From Epithemia pelagica (lineage: Eukaryota; Protista; Bacillariophyta): a DNA stretch of 64,000 nucleotides. The stretch lies in contig OX337230.1 in assembly GCA_946965045.2 (NCBI GenBank), positions 3,472,001 to 3,536,000 of the forward strand. The letters are read 5' to 3'. The position numbers were made by a program, and so were the translations under genes. The notes beneath the pieces are model-generated. The model saw only the letters and a list, made by a program, of their open reading frames with translations, was not told where the DNA came from and made no database searches. Each line of letters opens with the position of its first letter. Within the stretch, counting starts at the first letter, position 1. Shown here one piece after another: positions 56,119-64,000 of the stretch.

Positions 56119-59100
56119 TCACTTGCTTTGGACCGCACTCGGTTGTCGGGCACTGGATTTGAGTGCATAGATTTCACGTGTTGGTTTCGGCTTGAGTGAG
56201 GCATATTTTCGATCCAAGTCGACCACCTTGGCCAGAGCGCCCCAGCTTCTCCAATACCTCTTGGCCTCTTCGAATCGATACAGCGCTTGCTCGGAATCTT
56301 TCATGACGGTCAATTGATATTCCCCGAGCCGTTCACTGGCCAACGCCGCGTCATGTTGGTAGCCACCCCGTTCGGCCAACAAAATGGCCACTTCGTACTC
56401 CTTAATGACGGCAAATTCGGTTCGTCCCCGTTTCTTCAAGGCCATGGCTTCGGCATCCAACAGGGCCAAGTACTGCCTGACATTGGGATTGCCCATATCC
56501 AACCATTTCTTAACCTTGGCCCGAAACATGTGACCCAGTTTCAAGTACTTGTGGCGGCCCGTCTCGCGGGCGGCGGCATAACACGAGACACCCTTGTGAA
56601 AGGTATCCCACATGAGTTTGGAGGTGGACAATTGCGTTTTTTGCAAAAAATCGTGACCCACTTGCAGGACCAAATCCGCGTGTTGGACATGATGGCCAAA
56701 GTAGGTCCACAAGAGGCCCTGAAAGGCTTGGACGCCAGCGGGAAATTTAGCAAGACAAAACTCGTGACTTGTCACATTGCTGATTTCGCCCACCATGTTG
56801 GTCGGATCGTCTCGATTGTCCCAACCCATGAGATTGCAAAAGACTTGGCGCATGGAATGTGAAGTAAATACCATGTAAAAGGCATGATCGCCTCGCAAGT
56901 CACACAATTGTTTGGTATAATTCCGGAAATCGGCTTCCAAATCCGCCAAGGGCGTCCCCTCCATGATGCGCAAGAGCATCCAATGGTACGTGATCCATGT
57001 CGCGCTTTCCGTGTCCCTGTTCAAGGAATATACAAGGGCAACCAATGAGGCGGACGGCAAATCGGAACGATACACCCATTGCGTGGTCGGCACTTACCCA
57101 GTCTTTAAGGCAATATCGTACGCCCGTAACAAGGGTGTCAGGACGTCCTTGGCGGGTCTCATCCAAGGGTACAAGTAGCTATACACGATAAACATGGTTC
57201 GTGCTGCTGTTTCCTGTCCGGGAGACTTTTCCATGAGCCGCAAGGCATGTCGGCCATACAAAAAGCCTCCTTCAAAGTCTCCCAAGGCTCCCGCCAATAC
57301 CACACCGGTACTCGCAAAGGCGGGAGACGAAAACTCACAAAATCCATACTTCATGGTCCAATTCACGGCCTTGAATACCACCAAGGCAAAACGTTCATCG
57401 GGCAACCGGTAGCAACAGGTGGCCAATTTGTCCAAGAGTCTCATCAACTCAATCCTAGTCCGATCCGTCATGTACTCCAACTTGGCTGTATTTCGTTTTT
57501 TCATGGTCGCCTTGATTTGAAGAATGTTGCCCAATACCGACAATTGTACGGAGGAGGCCTTGCGCGGTAAGCGACAATCAAAGTTTCCCAACACTTCCAG
57601 CAAGGAAAAAATGGCATCCTGCAGATTCCCACGTTGGGCCATGCTATCCACCCAGGCCGTGTACACATCAAACTTTTGCGCCATGGGAAGGTTCTGAAGC
57701 ATGACTTCTTTGCAATACCGTTCCATCGTTTCCACATTGCCATTGTAGTTTTCCGCCATGGCGCCAATCGAATACAGCGCCAGGCACAATTCGGTATGAT
57801 CCATCCATGCATTGTCCGGTAACAATTGAATACCCTTGGAGGCATACTCGGCGGCCCGATCAAAGGCACACAGCGACATGGACCGTTCCCCGGCTTGACA
57901 ATTCAAGTGCGCCAGTTCCACTCGGCGACTGTCCGACTGGTCCTCGTACTCACTGGTGGTTGCTCCGGCGGAATTTGCAGCATTCTCACCCGCATTGAGC
58001 AAATTGACCACGACAAAAATAGCCGACGATGAGGTCAACCGTGCTGGATCCAAGTGCTGGACCAGGATTTCACCCACGACGCGACCAAAGGCCACACGAT
58101 CTGTTTTGGGAGCAATCAAAGATGCTGCCTCTTGGATCTTGTCATGAGCCCAGCTATAACTCGTCGTCGTTTCACTCTCGTTGGTCGCCGACGATTCTTC
58201 GAACAACGAGGTAGAATGTCGACGAATATGATCGTGGTTCTGCAAGACCTGCAAGCCCGATTCAAGCACCTTGCGTTGTCGTTGTTTCTCTGACAGAATC
58301 GAATCGGGAAAGTGTTGCCATACCAAGTACATGGTGTCCAATTCAAACGTGACACCAAAACACGACGCCAAGTGGACCAGTTGCAGCATGGCCAAATCCA
58401 CTTGTTCTTGGGCCAATGTTGTTAATTTGACTTTTAACAAATCAATGACATTGTCCGTGGCACTCGTGGAGGCTTCAATCTCTTCTTCTTGCCATGTCCA
58501 AGACTGAGACGCTCGGTGATATCGAAGAAAGCGTCGATGGTAGAGCATGGACAAGAATTGGAGTAGAAAAAAGGTATTGCCCAGCGTCTTTTTCTGACAA
58601 AGTTCCGCCAAGGCCCACGTTTGAGCCTTGCTCATGGGTGGCTGCTGCCGCTCGTGGCGTCCGGGTCGTGGGTGTTTGCCACCCGGGTGCTGGATGCGCA
58701 ACAATTTCTGAATAATCGTGTGAATGGACGTAATGTCCAAGTTACAAATGTGGAGTTCAGTCATGGCAAACTCACCCGCCGCTGTTTCTTCAGTTCCTTC
58801 TGGTTTGGGCACTGTGGTCGATTCCCCTTGCTCGTCGTGTGGTCGTTGTTGTGGTGGTTGTTGGCTCTTGGTTCGCAATTTGGTGACGGTTGCGTGCAAG
58901 TTATGGGTGGAGCTCACTTCATTGGATCGATAAATGCCAACAATCATGAATCGATGACGATTGCCTTGATCGGTCAACAAGACTTCCAAGAGTCCCAATG
59001 CCGGTCCATCGGCTACTTGCAAATCATCCAGGACGAGAATCAAGGGATCAAAATGTTGACACAGGATGCGAAGAAATCGCACAATGGCGTAATACAAACG

Positions 59101-61137
59101 ATCCTTATTGTTTTCGGACGATGCGGTCGTGGTTGTGGACCCTCCACCACTACCAGTCGTCATGGGTCGGGAGGAAAAGGAGGAGGATCGGGTCATGGTG
59201 GTGGTGCTGGTGGGTGCGGCGGTTGCTGCTGCGGGGGGAGGTTGTCGTGTGGAACGTTGGGCCCCCGCTGCGGCGGCTGGACCTCCAGCACTGCTGGTAC
59301 TACAAGTACTTTCACTGCTCTTGTTGTCCGTTCGTCGGCGTGTGGACGACGCAATTCCTCTCTGACTGCTGTTGTTCGTATTGGGGTTTCTTCCTGCTTT
59401 GGTCATTGGCGTTGTCGTGCCTTGCGGTTGGGTCCCTCCTGCTGTTGGACGCGATGACGACACGGGTGTGTTGGTGTTTGTGGACCGTTGGGGTACAGCT
59501 TGTTTGTTGTCTGATGCTGACGCTGGTACGGATAACAATTGGTGTTGTTCCTTGGTCTTTTTGGGGACCAAGACATGATCGAGTATTTCCGTCAAGACGG
59601 GCAAGACATGGACGAGGAGGGCCAATTCGGAATTCAATTCACAATGCAATTGCCGACAAATTTGCACATAGCGCCGTTGGGAGGCGGCATGGCAACTCGT
59701 TTTGAGTTGCAACAAGGCACCACATACTTGACCACAGGCACTGGCCAAGCCCGAAAAGGGTGCCGCCGCTGTATTTCCCGTAGTGGCACCTGCCGTTGGA
59801 GTGGTGGTGGTGGTGGGTGGAGATGGGGACGATGAGTCGTTGGTCCAGGACGACGAGGCCGTTCCGACATCAAACTTGCCTCGAGCCAACAAGCCTTGGA
59901 CTGGATGCTGGTCAATGTTGTTGTTGTTGCGGTCTGCTGTGGCATTTTCTGGATTGTGGTTATTGCTGATGCTATTCGTCGTCGTCGTCGTCGTCGTCGT
60001 AGTGCTATTTGTAGTACTGTTATTGCGAATGGATTTGTTGTGTTTGGTCAAGAGTTTTTGCAAATAGTCCGTGGCCAAGGTGGTTTTGCCCGTGCCACTT
60101 TGGCTCGAAATCAAAATCAATTGTTTGGTTGGAGGGGCGGAAGTGTCCACGAGGGTTTGAAAACACGTCTTGAGGCATTGCAATTCCACGGATCGACCTT
60201 GAATGCCCAAGGATTTGAAATTCAATGTGGCACCGTTGGTGCTGCTGCTGGTGGAGAACGAGTGGGAGGGATGACTGGTACTAGGGCTGTTGCTCCTGGT
60301 CGTATCGGGTGTCGTGGTGGAACCCGCCACAGAGGAAGACGCTTGACTGGACAATGTATGTTTTTTGGTAAACAATTGAAATTCGCCACTCAAATCACTG
60401 CATTCCGTGTCGACATCACTTTCATCCTCCTCGTCGTCCTCCTCATCCTCCTCTTCCTCCTCCTCATTTTCGACAATGTGTTTCATGCTATCCTGGTCGT
60501 CGTCGTCGTCGTCGTCTTCCTCATTGTTGTCGGCCACGGAGGGCGGCAAGGCCATTGGTAGAGGAGGTTCCAGTATTTGTGGGTCGCCTTGCGGAAGCTC
60601 GGCTGTATCATTATTTTCATCATCCTCATCCTCCTTGTTCTCATCATTGGGGTGTTCCATGCGGTCCGCAGCATCGTCGTTTGGGGGTGGAGTCGTCAAC
60701 AACAAGGACACTGGTTCCAGGCTCGTTGCAATTGGCAGGCGTTCGTCCTCTGGAGGTGCAGCAGCAGCGGCGGCAGTTGTGGAGTGTGACAACCGCTCGT
60801 CTGGTTGTCCTTGTGGTTGTGATGGTTGGTCGTGGACCGACGCCACTGTCAGGGGAGGAGGAGCATGTGTTTCTGGGTCCATTGCGACGACTGGGGTGGC
60901 TGTTGTTGTTGCGGCTTTGGTCTCCTGCGGCTGCTGCTGCTGCTCCTCATCATTATCATCTTGGGCGCTGCTGCTCAATTGGTGAACCACCACAACTTCA
61001 TCCTCTTGTTCTCGGGTGTCGTCATCGCGAGGACTCATTCCAGAAGTCGTCGTTGTCGTATTATGGAGGAGGATGTTGGTGGTGTCGTCGCTGTTGTTGC
61101 TGTCGTTGTTTTCGTTGTTGTTGATTTGTGATGTCAT
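56119..61137 (-). CDS. Large STAND-type P-loop ATPase (AAA_16-like) with helical/TPR-like C-terminus (2 exons)
   Basis: Walker A SSQSGTGKT, Walker B LVLDDLQ, GIYRSNEV, GNTFFLLQFL and HDKIQEAA. The intron 57097-57017 (GTAAGT...ACAG, 81 bp) joins KTG|DTES in frame. Confidence 0.85.
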
Positions 61138-61391
61138 TGTGCAATGGTAGATTCAACTTGAGTGTCCCTCGCCAAACGATGTAGAATGTATACAGGAACG
61201 AGACGAGATCAAGAGGTGATGGCAGGGATTCGTTGGGTGTGTTGGGTAGTCTTCTCTTATTTTGGATTTTGGGGGCTTGGGGAACAAGAACCCACAAAAC
61301 TCAGTTACTCTATATCATTGTCTACAGGCCGCATAGTGAGAGTCAAACATTTCTCCCGCGGGAATTGTGGCAGAGCCGACCGGTGCCAAAC

Positions 61392-61686
61392 AGTTGAGAT
61401 TTCTTTTAGAGAACATTGAGTGTCGTTGTGTTGGTATTTAAGGAGGCGCTCGCTTTGAGGGAGTCAGGAGTGATGTTAATGGCCGTAACCGCTTGGGGTT
61501 GGTCATTGTCGGGTCTTTCGTTTGGAAGGTTCATGGTTGGTCCTAATAGAGATACGTTTTGGTAGTGTTTGAAAGTTATGATATTACGATTAGGTCTAAG
61601 AGGTGATGGTGAGTGCTGAGGTCGATTTTGTATGTGGGAATTTATGAGACAGATGTTTTTCTGTCGGACAGATGTTTGTTCCGACA
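61392..61686 (-). repeat. Probable 3' LTR (~295 bp)
   Basis: On the minus strand a purine tract GAGGGCGAG is followed by TGTCGG at 61686. The end is placed at ...AAATCTCAACT, which lacks the canonical CA. The 5' LTR is not in the window, so the distal boundary is uncertain. Confidence 0.5.
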
Positions 61687-61706
61687 CTCGCCCTCGACCG
61701 GGCGTC

Positions 61707-64000
61707 TTACCATCCCATGATTTTCTTACGGGAGGTTTCAAACAAGGTTGCGTCGAGTGGTTTCGTAAAACAATCTCCGAGTTGTTCGTCAGTGGCGATT
61801 GGTTTCATTTGGATGCCGTTGGGTCCGTTGTTGAGTTTGGACCGGAACCAATGGTATTTGACCCCGATGTGTTTCGATCGCGGTGTCATGCGAGGGGGGT
61901 CTTTCGTAGCGAGTTTCTATGCGGCTTGATTGTCTTCCCAAATGGTAGTAATTGAAGTAGTGCCAGGTTGGGCGAGCTGGAGATGCGTAGTCATTTTCTT
62001 TAGTTGTCGTTGAAGTGGGAGTAATGTGCGCATGCTGGTACTGGCAGCGATATATTCTGCCTCCATTGTAGAGAGGGCGATCTCGGTTTGCAATTTGCTT
62101 GACCATGTCACAGGGGAACCGCCTAGAGAAATCAGGAAGCCGGTACGCGATCGTACACTAGAAGGATCTTGGGGGTCGTCGTTTCCCCAAATTCCGGCGA
62201 AATCTGCATCCACAAAACAGTCGAGATTGAGATCTTTCGAGGGCTTAAGTTTTAAGCCTTGATCACTTGTGCCCTGTAAGTATCTTCCAATTCGTTTTAA
62301 GGCTTCTCCGTGTGTCACTCGTGGATCGTTGCTGAATCGTGCTGCTTGGTGGATCGCAAAAGCACAATCTGGACGAGTATTGTTCCCAAGATACAATAAC
62401 ATGCCGACCACGGAACGGTAGTTGAAGTCTTCAGAGAAAGGAGGCTTGTGTTTGTCTTTGCCGAGTGTCTTTGTCGCGGGTGTTTTCTTTGGAGAGCTAT
62501 CGTTGAGTCCCAGTGCTGAAATGATACTGCGAGTGAGGTGTGGTTGTGTGAGTGTCATGCTGCCGTCGCTCGAACGGGTAATCTGAACTCCGAGGTAAGT
62601 GGGCAAGTCTCCGAGGTGGTCAAAATCCATTTTCAATTTGGTGAGACCGTGTAACAACTCATCGACTGCTGCTTGATTTACTCCACAGATGATAGCATCG
62701 TCGACGTATGTCACCATGATACATCCAGCCTTGCAGAAGAGACAAGGATCGTTGCCGTCCGGTGTGAGTCCAAGTGTTTCAAGCCGTGTTTTCAGGTAGT
62801 CATACCACAGTCGTGGTGCTCGACAGTCACCGTACAAGCTCTTGTTTACTTCAAGGATTTTCTCACTGTGGCCTTGCCCGTAGCCGGAAGGTAAATTGAC
62901 GTAGATGGGCTCGGGCAAACTGGATTGGACGAAGGCATTTTTGAAGTCGATTGAGGCTGTAACCAGGTTGTGCTGCAGTGATAGAATCAACAATAAACGA
63001 ACAGAGGGCCAGTCAATGACGGGTGCGAAAGTGTCCTCCTTGTCGGAGGTAGCCTTCTGTTGGTCGCCTCGAACCACCAGGCGTGCCTTGTAACGGGAGA
63101 TGGTACCGTTGGGGAGACGCTTCCGTTTGAGTGTCCACATTGTATCTACAATCTCTTTGCCTTTGGCGTTGCTTCGTGGGACAAGACGAAAGGTCCCTTT
63201 TCCTTCCAATTCATCCAATTCACGGTCCATGGCGATGAACCATTTCTTTGTTCCTCAGGAGTCATCCGTGGTAAATCGAAGTAGGAGGGGTTGTCGGCGT
63301 CAAACGATTTGGAGGCGAAGTAACGTGGATCCCAATCATCAATCAACTGTTGAGCGGTAGTGGCTTGGAGAGAGAAGGATCGATCGTTGAGGTAGCACGG
63401 TTCGCCCAGATCAGGGTCGCTCCAGTGAGTCCAATCGAGAGCGTTGGCCATGGTAGCGAAAGTGGAGGCATCGTTGTTGACAGATGTGGTTGAAAAGAAG
63501 AAATGGGCGTTGTGGACAAAGGTGCTGTGGTGACGAAGGCAGTGCGTACTCCAGCTGCTGTCGTCGGACGGGAGATCGAAACGAACGTGGCGTTCAGGGT
63601 CGGGAAATCGTCGTGTCTGGGAACGATTGCGACGAGATCGACGTGGTGCCGATGGTTCCAACTGTGGCTCGCCCGTTTCGTTTGGGAGTTCCAACTCTGG
63701 CTCGCCCGTTTCGTCGATGGGTTCCAACTGTGGCTCGCCCGGTTCGACCGGAGGTGGAGGTGGTGGTTCCAACTCTGGCTCGCCCAACTCCAAAACGGTG
63801 GGTTCCAAGTCATGTCCTGGTGGGTTGCCAAGTGGGAACTCTGTCTGTACTTGTGGTTGTAGTTGTTGCTCGCCCTCGACAGCGTGAGGATCGGACGGAG
63901 GGAGCATGGTGTCGATGTTGGAATCACTTGGAGGCAACCAGGATGGGTCCAAAGGTGGCAAGGGACCGTCAATGCTGGAATCGTGGTCATCAAGGTAGTG
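61707..64000 (-). pseudogene. Copia pol (linker, RT, RNase H) with a frameshift near 63245 and an in-frame TAG at 61917-61919
   Basis: EEQR|KWFIAMDREL requires one extra A; EDNQAA*KLATKDPPRMTPRSKH reads through the stop in frame. Confidence 0.88.

Larger units (their letters stand above)
61392..64000 (-). mobile_element. Ty1/Copia LTR retrotransposon, 3' part, decayed
   Basis: RT (YKARLVVRG, DFKNAFVQ, KSLYG, YVDD) and RNase H (FVDADFAG, EAEYIA, EDNQAA, SKHI, FTKPL); continues beyond the window. Confidence 0.92.

Noticed and set aside
58621-61124. Several 190-280 aa + strand ORFs
   Set aside because: Antisense shadows of low-complexity parts of the STAND ATPase.
61664-61686. Short hairpin TGTCGGA...TCCGACA at the Copia LTR start as a MITE or terminator
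   Set aside because: Only a 7-bp stem with no TSD; better explained as part of the LTR terminus.
1-64000. Pervasive indel sequencing error as the cause of all broken genes
   Set aside because: Many long ORFs (up to 1347 aa) are intact, and most lesions in the TEs and ENaC copies 2 and 4 are nonsense substitutions, duplications or deletions. Error remains possible only for isolated single lesions (53478, 47109, 63245).
1-64000. tRNA/rRNA genes
   Set aside because: None recognised by eye; a covariance-model scan would be needed to exclude small RNAs.

Overview
Eukaryotic nuclear DNA, most likely a pennate diatom. This is inferred from short 75-121 bp GT-AG introns, a diatom-type polyamine-synthase fusion and diatom-style gene families; the species cannot be named from sequence alone. 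The first 19 kb are nested mobile elements. A decayed tyrosine-recombinase (DIRS/PAT-like) retrotransposon has gag, pol (a degenerate C5-methyltransferase-like region, RT, RNase H and a DIRS-type MT motif), YR and split direct repeats. A 10.6 kb EnSpm/CACTA-type DNA transposon (CACTGCAA TIRs, TA duplication) is inserted into its 3' repeat region and carries a transposase plus four extra ORFs, including a class-III aminotransferase-like and a BAH-like protein. The rest of the window holds five DEG/ENaC-like channel paralogues (2 intact, 1 with a single frameshift, 2 pseudogenes), a GH17-stalk-TM-PDZ surface protein whose acid/base Glu is replaced by Gln, and a SET/aminopropyltransferase/AdoMetDC-like fusion. 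It also holds a pseudogenised Cdc123-like ATP-grasp gene apparently fused to a GGCT domain, Kelch, SKP1-like and STAND-type ATPase genes, a Foldback-like element with satellite-bearing long TIRs, four hAT-type non-autonomous elements and the 3' end of a decayed Copia element. All domain calls are by eye from motifs; no database search was run.
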